NCBI RefSeq assembly: GCF_963921235.1
Contig: NC_086098.1
Span: forward strand, 220,224,001 to 220,288,000
Direction of reading: 5' to 3'
DNA length: 64,000 nt
Source of the DNA: Mobula hypostoma
Taxonomy: Eukaryota
Every line of letters starts with the position of its first letter. Positions within the stretch are counted from its first letter, which is position 1. The notes below the pieces were generated by a model. It had not been told where the DNA came from, ran no database searches, and was given only the letters and a program-made list of their open reading frames with translations. A program made the position numbers and the translations under genes. This document shows, one piece after another, positions 1 to 13,410 of this stretch.

Positions 1-4
1 AGTG

Positions 5-185
5 CAGATTTGCCCCAGGTTATGAATACCCAACTTATGGGCAGCCTGTACATACAAGCACATGTTTGGGATCAATTTGTCAGCTGCTGTGGGGCGGTGT
101 CCTGGCAGACTGTTTCGTGGCTGCATTTCCAATATCGTGGCTGCTCGGGTTACGAGCAGCTCTGGGATGGAACCCTGTTGTAACT
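5..185. mobile_element. Possible Tigger/pogo-type MITE remnant
   Basis: CCCCAGGTTATGAATACCCAACTTATG and CGGGTTACGAGC...GGAACCCTGTTGTAAC resemble Tigger subterminal motifs; heavily decayed, no TSD. Confidence 0.3.
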
Positions 186-187
186 GC

Positions 188-712
188 GTCAGAATCTGGT
201 TTATTTTCACTAGCATATGTTGTTTGTGGCAGCTGTATAGGGCAAAGACATATTAATTAATATAAGTTATAATTAAAAAAAACAAATAATAATACAGAAG
301 AAGGATGACATGGTAGTGGTCATGGGTTGATGGACTGTTCAGGAATCTGACGGTGGAGGGGAAGAAGCTGTTCCTGAAGCATTGACTGTGGGCCTTCAGG
401 CTCCTGTACACTCTCCCTTAAGCCCTGATGAGAAGAGGGATGGTGAGGATCCTTAGTGCTAAGTTCAGGCACTGCCTTTTGAAGATGTCGTCGATGGTGA
501 GGAAGGTTGTGCCTGTGGTGGCTGGCAGAGTCTCAGCCCTCTGCACCTTCTAGTAATCCTACACATTGGAACCTCCATTCCAGGTGGTGACCCAACCAGC
601 CAGAAAGGCGTTCCACAGTACATCTGTAGAAATGTGTAGGAATCTTTGGTGGCCTACCAAATCTCCTCAAATTCCTAACAAAGTAGAGTTACTGCCATGC
701 CTTCTTCATGAA
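188..712 (-). mobile_element. Rex1-type LINE 3' end
   Basis: GAAGAAGCTGTTCCTGAA (FRNSFF on minus strand) and Rex1-type 3' UTR. Confidence 0.72.
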
Positions 713-1519
713 CAACAGTCAATAAGAAACAGAGATGAAGGTATAAAGATAGAACATAGAATACAGAACAGTACAGCACAGGAACAGGCCCTTCAGCTTA
801 CAACATTGAGCTCAATCAATTAAATTAGCCAACTAAACTAACCCCTTCTACCTGCACAACGTCCATATGCTTCAATTCCCCTCACATTCATGTGCCTATC
901 TAAAGATTTCTTAAAGGTTTCTACTGTAGCTGCCTTTACTACGACCACAGGCAGGACATACATGTGTAGGAAACTTGCCCCTCATATCTCCTTTGAACTT
1001 AACTCCCTCTCATCTTAAATGAGAAAATATCAGAAGAGCAAGCAAAGATCAAGGAATAATGAGGTTTTGTCATGGACCATTCCGAAATCTGAGGGCAGAG
1101 AGAAGAAGCTGTTCCTGAATTGTTGAATGTGTTAGTAATGCCTCCCTATTGGTAGTAATGATGAGTGGAGTTAGATTCGGCCTAGCGTCTTAGATTTTGT
1201 GGCAGTCGTGATTTTGTGGAATGCACTGCCTGAGTCAGTGGTAGAGGCAGATACACTAGTGAAGTTTAAGGGACTACTAGACAGGTATATGGAGAAACTT
1301 AAGGTGGGGGGGGGCGTTATATGGGCCTGTAATGTTCTGTACTATTCTATATATTGAAGCTATTGCTGTGTGCTGTCAATAAACTGAAGCTGCTGTCAGG
1401 TTAAGTTGTGATCAGTGACTGACAGCATTGTTTGCAGACACTAGGACAACTTTGGAGGAAATTACCTGCACTGATGTGGAATTAAGCTGCTTATCAACTT
1501 ACCTCATGAAAAGTCTGCA

Positions 1520-1882
1520 GTGCAGCACAATATTGTAGCAAGGAGCTGTTGCCTCAATGCACCGGTGACCCTGGTTCAAGTTTGACCTTGGATGCTGCCT
1601 GTGTGGAGCTTTCTTGTTTCGCCTGTGACCTTGTGCGTTTCGTCCAGATGTCTTGGATTTCTCCCACATCCCAAAGACATGTGATCTGGGAAGTTAGTTG
1701 GCTGCTGTATATTGCAGCTTGTACCATGGATGGCCGTTGGAATTTGTGGTGGGGTCAGCCAAGAATGTAGGGAGAATAAACAATCTAATTAATGTAGGAC
1801 TAGTGTAAATGGGCTGTAGATGGTTGCCATGGACACAGTGGGCAGAGGGCCTGTTCATGAGCTGTATCCCTCTATATATGAC
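1520..1882 (+). mobile_element. HE1-like V-SINE, degenerate
   Basis: tRNA-like head with GGTTCAAG, V-domain-like GTGTGGAG...TTTCTCCCACATCCCAAAGAC, CR1-type tail GGGCCTGTT...GCTGTAT. Confidence 0.75.
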
Positions 1883-3514
1883 TACAGTATTTTTGCACTT
1901 CGTTGCATGAGGTCTAATTGATAGTAAACACTATCATAAGTATTTCCTTTCAATATCATAGACCCTAACAAATACTTTATGGGTGTGTTTGCAATTTGGT
2001 TGCAAATATTTGAAAACAACTATTTTTTTTTAAACATTGGGTTATTTCAATTTCCATCTTAATCATAGATGTACATATTTTCCAATTGTTTAGCAGCCGA
2101 AAGTATTTGAAAGGTTAATTAAAGGTTGCAATTTTTTTCCTTCCTGGCCTTGCTGTTTATGAGAATTCTTTCATATCATAGGTTACTTAGCCAGCTGGAT
2201 GACATCACAGCCAAAGAGGTTGCTAAATCATTTGACAGATCTTTCTTGGTATTTGTTTCAATTTTCATTGCCTTGCCTTTGCCTTGCTTTTTCACTTTTC
2301 AGTGACATTTCAGATGATTATCCTACACACTGCTTACATGATACACTGCAGCAACTCCTATATCAACAGAGTGATAAAGTAATATCTTCTCCACGTTGAC
2401 TTCTGGTGACCCAGTCATCACACTTGAACTCATCGAAAACTCCACTACATCAAAGCGCAGTCTGCAGTCGCATCCCCCATGTCTTCTAAGTTGCATAGTC
2501 TCCCAGCCAAGTACTTTTTACCTTTGTAACCTCTTTCAGCATTGCAAGTCATTGGGTTCCCTTCCATCCCCTGGTTCCCACTCTGTGCCCTGTACATTAT
2601 CCCTTTTATTATTGGCAGGCTTACCTTCACCTCCTTTAGAATCAGATTCAAGTTTATTATCACTCACGCACTGTATGTCATGAAATTGGTTGTTTTGCAG
2701 AAGCAGTACAGTGCAAGTCATAAAAATTAACACATTGTAGGATACAAAAGTAAATAAATAGTACAAAGGACAAATAACAAATACCTCCCTTAAAATTTCA
2801 ACTGTGGTCAAAACTTTGCTCACATGTGCTAACTTCTAATGTCAACTTTTTTTTGCTGGTTCTATGACATATCTTGGGAAATGTTGGATCCTGATGATTT
2901 TGTGATCCAAAGGTTCATTGGAAGTCAAGAATGATGCATAAAATATCAGCCCTGGTCAAAGCTTTGCTCACTTGTCCTAACTTCTAAAGTGTTCTTATGA
3001 CCATTTTATTAAATGATCCAAGAATGAAGAAAGAACAAAGAAGTAAGAGCCAGAAACAAAGGGGAAAGCAGTGTTCATCTCAAACAAATAGCAATTCTAC
3101 CACCTAATCCAACAGAAGGTTTACTCAGACAAGATTGCTACATAAGGTCAAGAAGTTGTTCTTGTTAATTTTTTCTTTCTCCTAAGGAAACGTAGAAGTA
3201 ATCCCTATAACATGTGACATTTACATTCTGAACAATGACTTTTACTTCAAGGCTGTCACAAGATTTTTCAGGAAATCCCTTGTGAAGAGCTCTTGAATAC
3301 ATTGCATACATTTTTTTTTAACTTCCCTACATCAATCCTGCATTACTGTACATCAGGAGCAATGGCAAGATATAAAGGTCGGGTCAGAGGAGGAATGGCG
3401 CAAAAGACGGCTCTGGGATCAAGCTGTGTTGTCATTGAGATGGAAGTCATTCAGTGCTGGAGTTTTAGTTCACAGCAGCAAGCGGTTTCAATGGTAAAAA
3501 TAAAAAAAACTATT

Positions 3515-4012
3515 AAAGAGGAATGAAGAATGGGGTCCTATGACCCACTGGGTTTGTCAATCAGTGAGACTGGAGTTCAAGGCTTACTGTTCGGTGATCG
3601 GCAGATCCTGGGGTCGATGCCAAGGATGGAGGCCTGAAGGTCAAGTTGGAGGTCCGGAAGTCAAGGCCTGCAGGAGCCCCTGGTCCGTGAACCTCTGAGA
3701 GTAGAATGTGTGGGAACTCTTGCAGGCTGCCCTCAGCACACCCTTGGAAGCCTGGAGTGGGAGAACTGATCAAGTGTGTGGATGGGAAGGAGGGCAGGAG
3801 ATAGGAAAAAGACTTGTTTTATTGCTTGTTGGGTTCCATCTTGTTGAGCTCTGTATTGGTCTGCCGGACATTGTGGGCATATTAAGTTAACGCCGGAATG
3901 TGTGGTGAAATTTGTGGGCAGCCCCCAGCATATCCTCGGATATGTCAGTTGTGAACAATGCATTTCTATGTACGTCTCTATGTATACATGATAAATAAAC
4001 TTGAATCTTGAA
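3515..4012 (+). mobile_element. Non-autonomous retroelement with Rex1-type tail
   Basis: Ends AATAAACTTGAATCTTGAAT; 3' part shared with 18070-18205; no coding remnant recognised. Confidence 0.5.
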
Positions 4013-5544
4013 TTTTGTAAAATGGATCTTAAAATTAGAGTAAATATGAATAACCGAGACATTGGTTGTTGACACAACCGCAGGCTGCTTCAATGTAGGA
4101 AGCAGCACATGTAATCATAAGTTTTATGAAGTGTTATTAATCCAAGGCACACACTGTAGACACAGATGAGACCTCAGGAATGTTAGGGCAGATTTTGTAG
4201 AAATTTGTTACAGTGTTCTTTGACAAGCTGAACCTCTTTAAGTTCTTGATAAAGTAAAGATGCTGATGAGCCTTCCTTGTACTTGCAGCTATGTGCTGGA
4301 CACAGAGCAAGTCATCAATGCGTTAACGTCCAGGAATTGAATCGTTTCCAGTGCTGATCTTCCAGCAATGACTGGCACATGTTCACCCCCTTCCTAAGGT
4401 GGACAATGAGCTCTTTAGTTTTACTGATATTTACTGAAAGGTTGTTGTCGTGGCACCACTCAACCAGTAGTGAGTGTTTCTATGCATGTGTATGCTAACT
4501 CATCACCAGCTATGGGTCATCCAACGGTCGTTGCAAGAAATTATAATAGTGGGTGACAGTGAGCAGTGATCTCTACCCATATCTGTAGATTTATATATTA
4601 ACCTGGCAGAAGCAAGAATCTTCATTCAGCTTCATCTGTCCCTTGCTTAAGTTCAATGGAAAAACTCAACACAGTTATTACCCTTCAACAATTGGGCTAG
4701 TGAACCAATGTGGATAACTTCATTCACTTCAACACTGAACTGATTCCAGAACCTACAGACTCACTTCCAAGGACTGTACAACTTACGTTCTCAGTATTAT
4801 CCACTTATTTATTAGATAGGAATTATTATTGTTGTTTTTGTACACATGAGCACATTGCTTGCTTGTTAGTCCTTGTGTACAGTTCTTCATTGATTCCATT
4901 GTATTTCTTTGTCCCACTATGAATGCCCCCAAGAAAATGAATCTCAGGGTAGCCTATCATGATATATACCTACTTTGATAATAAATTTACTTTACTTTAA
5001 CTCCCACAAGGATTATGCTTGTATAGTAAGCGACCACAATCTGTAGAATTCTCCCCTAATATACTTTAAGCTAAAACGGTACGAAAATAACAACAGAAAG
5101 TGTTTGAAACGTCAACAGTTCAGCAGCATCTCTGGAAAGCAACAGAATTAATTTTTCAGGTCAAAGACCCTTCATTGTGTCATTCATTTTTCTCTTTTGG
5201 TTGGTGTGTGTGTGATGTGTAAAAGAAAGGATTATTATGACTACTCAACATGACATGACTCTGCTCTCTGATTCCTTATTTGGAAACTGCCAGCAAGGTT
5301 TAGCCATTGATGCTCTCATACTGTACAAAAGGAAACATTCACTCTGAGACTTCACTTGTACTAATCTCTTGGTCTTTGCTAATCTTTACCCCATAGCTCG
5401 ACCTTCTTCAATAGCTGTAGTGTCAGGCAGTGTCAACTTGTGATAAAGTCTGGTAGCAGTCTAGTGTATATCGGATCAGTCCCCGATACCATTAGAATTT
5501 AGTTAAATTTGGGGATTTTTGGGACTGATGATGGTCTGTCTCTT

Positions 5545-6345
5545 AAGACCATAAGACACAGAGCATAATTAGGCCATTCGGCCCATTGAGTCTGCTCCGC
5601 TCTTCTATCTTGGCTGATTTATTACCTCTCTCAACCCTGTGCTACTGTTTTTCTCCTGGTAACCTTTGATGAACTTACTAATCAATAACACATCAACTTC
5701 TGCTGTAAATGTACCCAATGACTTGGCCTCCACAGCTGTCTATGGCAATTAATTCCACAAATTCACCACCTTCTGGAGAATTTTCTCTTCACCTTTGTTC
5801 TAAAGGGATGTCTTTGTATTCTGAGGCTGTGCCCTCTGGTCCTAGACTTCCCCACTTTTGGAAACATCCTCTCCACTCCACTCAATCTAGGCCTTTCAAC
5901 ATCCTAGAGGTTTTAATGAGATTCTAGCCTCTTCCAAACTCCAGTGAGTACATGCCAAGAGCTTTCAAACAGTTCTCATACATTAACCCTTTCATTCCTG
6001 GGATGATACTCATGAACCTCCACTGGACTCTGCAATGCCGGCATATCCTTTCCTAGGTAAGGGATTCAAACCTGCTCACAATACGCGACCTGCTCAAAAA
6101 GTGCGGTCTGACCAATGCTCTTTAAACCTTCAGCATTACGTCCTTGCTTTTATATTCTAGTCCTCTCGAAATGAATGCTAACATTGTATTTGCCATCCTT
6201 ACCACTGACTCAGCCTGCAAATTAACCTGTAGGGAATCCTGCATGAACACTCCCAAGGCTCTTTGCACATCTGATTTCTGAATTTGCTCTCCATTTAGAA
6301 AATAGTCTACACCTTTATTCCATCTGCCAAAGTGCATGACTATCT
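5545..6345 (-). mobile_element. CR1 LINE 3' fragment
   Basis: ANTMLAFISRGLEYKSKDVML on minus strand; AGACCATAAGAC tail. Confidence 0.85.
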
Positions 6346-6699
6346 TTGATTGGTTGCTACCTCCTATTGCACAAAAGTATTGTTTTAAGTTTGACAGCAT
6401 GTTAATGTAGCTTTTCCTCTGCACATCTTCTTCCACAGGAGGCTGTGGAAATTGGCATATCTCTTTTGATCCTCACCAATTTTTATTGATGCAGTATAAA
6501 AAGCATTCTATGTCGATGCTTTGGGGCTTGCTACAGCAACGACTCTGCCCGTGATCAGAAAAAAACTGCAAAGAGCTGTGGACACAGTTCAGCACATAAC
6601 GAAAACAAACCTCACCTCCATGGACTCTGACTATACCTTTTGCAGTTAGCACTATCAAAGACCCTACCCACCTGGGCATTCTCTCATCTGCCCCTTCCC

Positions 6700-8360
6700 A
6701 TACTTCCTACCTATATCCACGACACTTCATATGCTCTTGGTCTCCTCAACAACTTTCAATTTCCTGACCCTGACCACCTCATTTTCACCATGGATTTCTA
6801 GTCCTTATCCACTTCTATCTCCCATCAAGAACACCTTAAACCTCTCTGCTTCTTTCTCGACAACAGACTCAAACAGTTCCCCTCCACCATCAGCCTCCTC
6901 TATCTGGTTGGAACTGGTCCTGAGCCTCAACAACTTCTCCTTTAGCTCCTCCCACTTTCTCCAAACTCAAGAGGTATCCATGGCACCTGCATGTGACCCA
7001 GCTATGCCTGCCTTTTTGTTGTCTATATGGAAGAGGTCATGCTCCAAGCCTTCCCTGGAAATCTTCCTCAACTCTTTCTGCATTGACAACTACATTGGTG
7101 CTCACCCATGTCGAGCTCATCAATTTCAGCAACTTTGCCTCCAACTTTCCTTGCTGCCCTTAAATTCACCTGGTCCATTTCTGACACCTCTCTGTCTTTT
7201 CTCTGTCTCTCTGAGGACAAACTGTTTACCGATATCTTCTATACACCTACCCATTCTTACAGCTATCTTGACTACACCTCTTCCCACCCTGTCTCCTGTT
7301 AAAATGCTATTTCCTTTTCTCAGTTCCTTTGTCTCTTCAAAGAATTGGGTTTTCCTTCCTCTACCATTGGTGCTCCCCTCACCTGCATCTGCTCCATTTC
7401 CCAGACATATACGCTCACCTCAACTTCCTACCGCCTTAACTGGGAAAGAGTTCCTGTTGTCTTCACCTACCACCCTATGAGCCTCCGCAACCAATACTTC
7501 ATTCTCCGCAACTTCCAGCATCTTCAATGGGATCTTACCACCAAACACATCTTGACCTCCCCACACTCTCTGCTTTCAACAGGATTGTTCCCTCTATGAT
7601 TCCCTTGTCCATTGGTCCCTCTCTACTACTCTCCCTCCTGGCACGTATCCCTGCAAGATGCAGAACTGCTACACTTGCCGATTCACCTCCTCCCTCAACT
7701 CCGTTCAGGGTCCCAAACAGTCCTTGGGCCTCACCTGCGAATCTGTTGGAGTCATCTGTTGTATAGGCTGCATCTACTCCTGATGCAGCCTCCTCTACAT
7801 CGATGAGACCCAACATAAATTGGGGTCTGCTTTGTCGAGCACCTCCCACTCCTTCTGCTAAAATAGAATTTCCCAATGTCTAACCATTTTAATTCCTTTC
7901 CCCATTCTGGCTCCTCTTCTGCCATGATAAAACAACTCTCAGGGTAGAGCAGCAACACCTCATATAGCCTCCAACCTGGTAGCATGAACATCGGTTTCTC
8001 CTTCCAATAATTTTGCCTTCTTTCTTCCCTCTTCTTCTATTCCCCACTCTGGCCTCTTACTTCTTCTCCTCTCCTGCCTATCTCCTCCCCCTGGTGCCCT
8101 GCCTCCTTCCCTTTCTCTCATGTCCACTCTCCTTTCTAATCAAGTTCCTTCTTCTCTAGCACTTTTCCTTTTCCGCCTGTCACCTTCTAGCTTGTCCTCC
8201 GTCCCTTCCCCCAACTTTTTTATTCTGGCATTTTCCCCCTTCCCTCCCCTTCCCTTCCAGTCCTGTAGAAAGGTCTTGCCTCAAAACATTGACTGTTTAT
8301 TCATTTCAGTAGGTGCTGCCTGACCTGTAGAGTTCCACAAGCATCTTGTGGGTGTTGCAC
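6700..8360 (+). mobile_element. Penelope-like element (Neptune-type), 5'-truncated and decayed, inserted in a Rex1-type 3' end
   Basis: Fragmented RT (FTMD..SL, ELVL.LNNFSF, LKFTWSIS, SYLDYTSSHP), Cys-rich linker GTYPC....CYTC at ~7640, GIY-YIG remnant CSLLYIDET, pyrimidine-rich 3' UTR and terminal repeat. Confidence 0.85.
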
Positions 8361-9117
8361 CAGAAACAAAACTCTGAAAGTGTAAATTCAAGGACAGCTT
8401 CTACCCCGCCGTTATAAGACTATTAAATGGCTCCCTGGTATGATACAATCGACTTCTGATCTCGTGATCTACCTTGTTATGATCTTGCACCTTATTGTGT
8501 ATGTGCACTGCACATTTTTTTCTATTCTGGAATTGTTGCACTTTAATCTGCATTACAATTATTTTACCATGTTCTTGTAATGAATTGATCTTTTCACTGT
8601 ATCTCAGTACATGTGACAATAATAAATCAATTCCAATTTCTGGCCCTTCTTTAAGTATCCAGAATTTTTCTTCTGCTGTGGCTGTTAACACGAGAATATA
8701 AACCTGATTTCAAGAAAAAAAACATGCTGAATGCCATACACAGCCTATCCATTGTTAAACAAAGTCACAACACTGTTTTATCACGGTTGCAATGTATTGT
8801 CTACGACAAGGGTTATATGAATTGGAGAATCAGTGGACCAACACTGAAGGAACATTGTGGAAGCATTCCATTTAGATGAAAGATAATGTTTAGAGAAGTT
8901 GCCAAATGTTCTGACTTCTATAAAGATGCAAAGCCTGCCAGAACTGCAGAATACAACCTCCCATCTGGCCATTCCAACAGGTCCATTATAAATGGGTGAA
9001 GAACTTCTTAACTTTCCTTGAGAGGAAGTTGAAGTACCTAGCAGTAAAAACACATTAATTCATCTTAGTTTCAAGAGCACTGGAATAAAACACAATTTTC
9101 CTTACCATTTACCTTCA

Positions 9118-9655
9118 TCCAGTTGTAGAAAACCTTGGTTGGACCATACTAGGAGTACTGTGTTCAGTTCTGGTCACCTTATTGTAGGAAGCATGTGGAT
9201 GCTTTAGAGAGGGTGCTGAAGAAAGTAACCAGATTGCTGCTTGGATTAGAGAGCATGCATTGTGAGGATAGGTTGAGTGAGCTAAGGCTCTTCTCTTTGG
9301 AACGAAGGAAGATGAGAGACAACATGACAGAGGCGTATATAATGATAAGGGGCATTGATCGAGCAGACAGCCAACAACTTTTTCCCAGGGCGGAAATGAC
9401 TAATACCAGGGGACATAATTTTAAGGTGATTGGAGGAAAGTATGGGAGGGATGTCAGAGGTAAGTTTTTTACACTAAGAAAATGGAACACCCACCAGGGC
9501 TGACAGTAGAGGCCGATACATTACGGGTATTTAAAAACCTCATGGACAATAGAAAAATGGAGGGCTATGTGGGAGAAAAAGGTTTGATGGATCATTCAGC
9601 AAAATATTGAGGGCTGAAGGGCCTATACTGTGCTGTAGTGTTCTATGTTCTATGT
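9118..9655 (+). mobile_element. CR1 LINE 3' end
   Basis: LFSLERRKMR...TRGHNFK; (TTCTATG) tail. Confidence 0.85.
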
Positions 9656-9814
9656 TAAAATGAGGAAGCAGAGAAGTAGAGTTTAAAAACTGATCAAGCC
9701 CCATATTGTGCTCATTTACCGCAGCTCCAGACCACACTTGACGTGTTTTCACTTACGTACATTCTGAGCACCAGGTAGCAGAGGAGACGAAAAGTGAAAG
9801 AACTAAGCAGATGC

Positions 9815-10835
9815 TAAGTTGATGCATATCCGCATCTCCTTCATTTCCCGAACATCCATGCTCACCCCATCTTCCCGCCGCCTTAACAGTGATACCTCTT
9901 GTCCTTACCTACCACCTCATGAACTTCTGCATCCAACACATGATCTTCTGCAACTTCTGCCCTCTCGAAAGGGATCCTATTATTGGACATACCTCTACCC
10001 CTCTGCACTTCCCGCAGGGATTGCTCCCTCTGCGATTCATCCCTCCCCACTAATCTCCCTCTCAGCACTTACCGCTGCAAGTGGCCTGACAGCTACACTT
10101 GCCCGTACACTTTCTCCCTCACCTCTATTCAGGGCCCAACCAGTCCTTCTCAGTGAGGCAACACTTCACCAGGGGTCGTCTGTTGTGTCCGGTGTTCCCA
10201 ATGCAGCCTCCTCTACATTGGTGGAACCCGCCGTAAATTGGGGGACTGCTTCGTTGAGCACCTCTGCTCCATTCTTATGGCTAAACATTTTAATTCTGAT
10301 TCCCATTCCCATTCCGATACAATGGACTATGGCCTCCTGTTGTGCCAAAATGAGGCCACCCTCAGGCTGGAGAAGCAATGCCTTATATTCTGTCTGGGTA
10401 GCCTCCAACCCGATGGCATGAATATCGATTTCCTCTTCCGTTTTTTTTTAATCTCTCCCCTCCCCTCTTCTTCTATTCCCCACTCCAGTCTTTCATCTCA
10501 TCTTATCTGCCCATCATTTCTCTCAGGTCCCCTCCTCCTTCCCTTTCTCCTATGCTTCACTCTACTCTCCCATCAGATTCCTTCTTCTCCAGCCCTCTAC
10601 CTTCCCCACCCAACTGGCTTCACCTTCCATCTAGGCTTCTCCCTCGCCCCCCCGTCTTTTTATTCTGGTGTCTTCCCCTCTTCCTTCCCTTCCTTTTCAG
10701 CCCTGTAGAAAGGTCTTGGCCTGAAATGTCAACTGTTTATTCATTTCCATAAATGCTGCCTGGCCTGCTGAGTTCCTCCAGCATTTTGTGTGTGTGTTGC
10801 TTTAGATTTTCAGGATCTGCAGACTTTCGCTGTTT
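9815..10835 (+). mobile_element. Penelope-like element, 3' fragment
   Basis: GIY-YIG remnant CSLLYIGGTRRKLGDCFVEHL at ~10200, 3' UTR, degenerate hammerhead at ~10700, terminal tail; imperfect TSD AACTAAGCAG/AACTAAACAG. Confidence 0.82.
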
Positions 10836-11264
10836 AAAACTAAACAGCAGGTAGGGGAAGCTTTTTCTCAATCCAATCATAGCCTAAACTGAAGATAGTA
10901 TTCAGGAAATTTGTGATAAGAGCTGATAGGGCTGTTGACTAACTGACACTGTGGCAACCAGATTATGGATTTATCATGTTGCAATCAGACTTTGCAAGTT
11001 TATGTACATTTCAAAGCTTTTCCTTTGTGTAAGTGCTTGTTTAAAACATTACACCACCCTCACTTGCCTTCAGCTTCCTCTCTGTATCCATGACCCCACT
11101 ATTTGTGTTCTGGGAGGCGATTTATTCATCACCTGGAAACATCAGGCAGTCAAATGTTTTTCTAAAATAATTATTAAAAAGGTATGTTTGATTTGGTATT
11201 TCTGTCCAGTTTTGTTCTCTGGAAATTCTCGGTTCCTTGAAAATCAAGATGGCTATGTACTACA

Positions 11265-11900
11265 GCAAATAGATGCAGTCACAAGGAAAACATGCCAGTG
11301 TCTTTACTTTCTTTGGTGGTTAAGAAGATTTGACTTGTCACCAAACACTCGAACAAACTTCGACAGATATATTGTTGAAAGTATCCTGACTAGTTGCATC
11401 ATGGTCTCGTACGGCAAGTCAGGAACAAAAGAAGCTGCAGAACTCTGCCCAAAACATCACGGACACGTCCCTCCATGCTGCCTCAAGAAAGCAACGTCCA
11501 TCATCAAATATCCCCACAATCCAAGTGAGACCCATCTTCTCACAGTTACTATTGTGCAGGAGGTACAGAAGCCTGACGTCCAACACCACCAGGTTTAAGA
11601 ACAGCTACTTCCCTTCAACCATCTGGTTCTTGAACCAACCAGCAAAACCTTAATCACTAGAGTTTAGCAAAACTATGACCACTTTGATTCCTTCCGGCGT
11701 CTCTCAGTCCTGCTCTCTCAGGGGGAGATGCATTAAAATGGTCTCTGTTTTGGGATTACGTTCTTTCCCGCAAAAATTGTTTAATTTATGTTTACTCTAT
11801 GTTTTTTTGTGAATATTGCTTATTTAATGCTGCAGCAAGTAAGTTTATCATTGTACCTGTGAGTACATATACTGACTTTTACATATGACCATAAACTCGA
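11265..11900 (+). mobile_element. Rex1-type LINE 3' end
   Basis: CQCLYFLWWLRRF...IVESILTSCI...FKNSYFP. Confidence 0.78.
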
Positions 11901-11974
11901 ATTTGACAGGAAACTTTTGCTCAGCAACATATTTCCACATTCTCTTCTGACATAGACGCAGATCATCAAATCTA

Positions 11975-12125
11975 CACTCACAACACGCTGGAGGAACTCA
12001 GCAGGTCGGGCAGCATCCGTGGAAACGATCAGTCAACGTTTCGGGCTGGAACCCTTTGTCAGGACTGTAGAGGGAAGGGGCAGAGGCCCTATGAGGAAGG
12101 TGGGGGAAGGGTGGGAAGGAGAAGA
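11975..12125 (-). mobile_element. PLE terminal-repeat fragment with hammerhead motif
   Basis: Minus strand 12030-12067 reads CAGTCCTGACAAAGGGTTCCAGCCCGAAACGTTGACTG. Confidence 0.75.
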
Positions 12126-12499
12126 CAGTTGTGAACACATCTCAGCAGATTATGGAAACCCGCACCACTCCATGGACTCTGTCTACACTTCTCACAACCT
12201 CAGTAAAGCAGCCAACGTAATCAAAAACCGCACCCACCCCTGACATGCTCTCTTCTGTCCCCTTTCTATCGGGCAGAAGATGCAGAAGCCTGAAAGCACT
12301 CACCACCTGACTCAAAGGGCAGCTCGTATCCTGCATTTATAAGACTGTTGATCAGTCCTCTGGTACGATAAGATGGACTCCTGACTTCACACTCTACCTT
12401 GATATGATCTTGCACATTATAGCCCACCTGCATGGCCCTTTTTCTCTAACACTTTATTCTGCATTCTGTTTTTGTTTTACCTTGTACTATCTTGATGTA

Positions 12500-12715
12500 G
12501 CTGGCTGGTGGCGTAGTGGCATCAGCACCGGACTTTGGAGCGAAGGCTCCCAAGTTCGAATCCAGCGGGCTCCCTTGCACGCTTTCCATCCGTGCTGGGT
12601 TGAGTGTCAAGCTAGCAACTTGGCCTTGTAGAAATAAGAAAGCCTGCTAAAAAAACACCGTCATGACGGCATCCCGATGCCTCCACCCGGAGTTAAGGGC
12701 TTTCTTCTTCCTCAG
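12500..12715 (+). mobile_element. tRNA-derived SINE, copy 1 (TTC-type tail)
   Basis: A box TGGCGTAGTGG at 12509, B box GTTCGAATCC at 12554; 10-bp TSD TCTTGATGTA (12490-12499 and 12716-12725); nested in a Rex1-type 3' end. Confidence 0.88.
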
Positions 12716-12930
12716 TCTTGATGTACTGATGAAGTGAAATGATCTGTGTGGATTGCATGCAAAATAAAGTTTTCCACTGTGCCTTGGTAGATGGGACAAT
12801 AATAAACCAGTTTACCAATTCTATCACTCACCTACAATTATTCTAATTATTCTACCAACAGGCATTTGGGATGTGGGGGGAAACTGGAGCATCTGGTGGA
12901 AATCCACATGATTTTAGGGAGAAGGTGTGG

Positions 12931-13410
12931 ATCAGAATCAGGTTTATTACCACTGATGTACCTCATAAAGTTTGTTGTTTAGTGGCAGCAGTACAGTGCA
13001 ATACATAAATTATACCATAAATCACAATTTTAAAATATATTTAAAAATTAGTAGTACAACAAGAGAGGAAAAACAGTGAGGAAATGTCCACGGGTTCATG
13101 AACTGTTCAGAAATCTGATGGTGCAGGGGAAGAAGCTGTTCCTAAAACATTGATTGGGCACCTTTTCCTCTGACGGTAATAATGAGAGGAGGGCACGTCT
13201 CTGATCTTGAGGTTCCTTAATGATGGGTGCTGCCTTCTTGAGGCACTGCCTTTTGAAGATGTCCTCGTTGCTGGGGAGGTTAGTGCCCATGACGGAGCTG
13301 GCTGAATTGCACCAGCCTTTTTCCAATTCTTTGCAATGGCCCCTCTGTACCAGACGCTGATGCAACCAGTTAGAATGCTCTCTACGGTACATTGGTTGAA
13401 ATTTGCTTGA
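12931..13410 (-). mobile_element. Rex1-type LINE 3' end
   Basis: TVESILTGCISVWY; FRNSFFPCTIRFLN; (TGATTC) tail. Confidence 0.8.

Noticed and set aside
2182-2370. Possible plus-strand exon(s) LLSQLDDITAKEVAKSFDRSFL
   Set aside because: Short, unrecognised, weak donor, implausibly small implied intron
4180-5000. Twin-priming 5' inversion of a Rex1-type element
   Set aside because: About 120 nt of unrelated sequence separates the parts and no TSD was found; may be two independent insertions
6731-7480. 249-aa Ser/Leu/Pro-rich ORF, and similar 9819-10421 and 10238-10708
   Set aside because: Off-frame reading of decayed, pyrimidine-rich Penelope sequence
8781-9053. Possible minus-strand terminal exon (tttttactgctag|GTACTTC..., YFNFLSRKVKKFFTHL*) with a possible microexon near 9757-9763
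   Set aside because: Splice-like signals only; no recognisable protein and no consistent exon chain; needs RNA-seq
10951-11598. 215-aa ORF as a host gene or ALKBH8-like domain
   Set aside because: C-terminal half is a Rex1-type LINE remnant; N-terminal half has no recognisable homology and a GTG start
12500-12575. Functional tRNA gene (also 36960-37035)
   Set aside because: A and B boxes present but acceptor and anticodon stems do not pair; TSDs and tails show they are SINE heads
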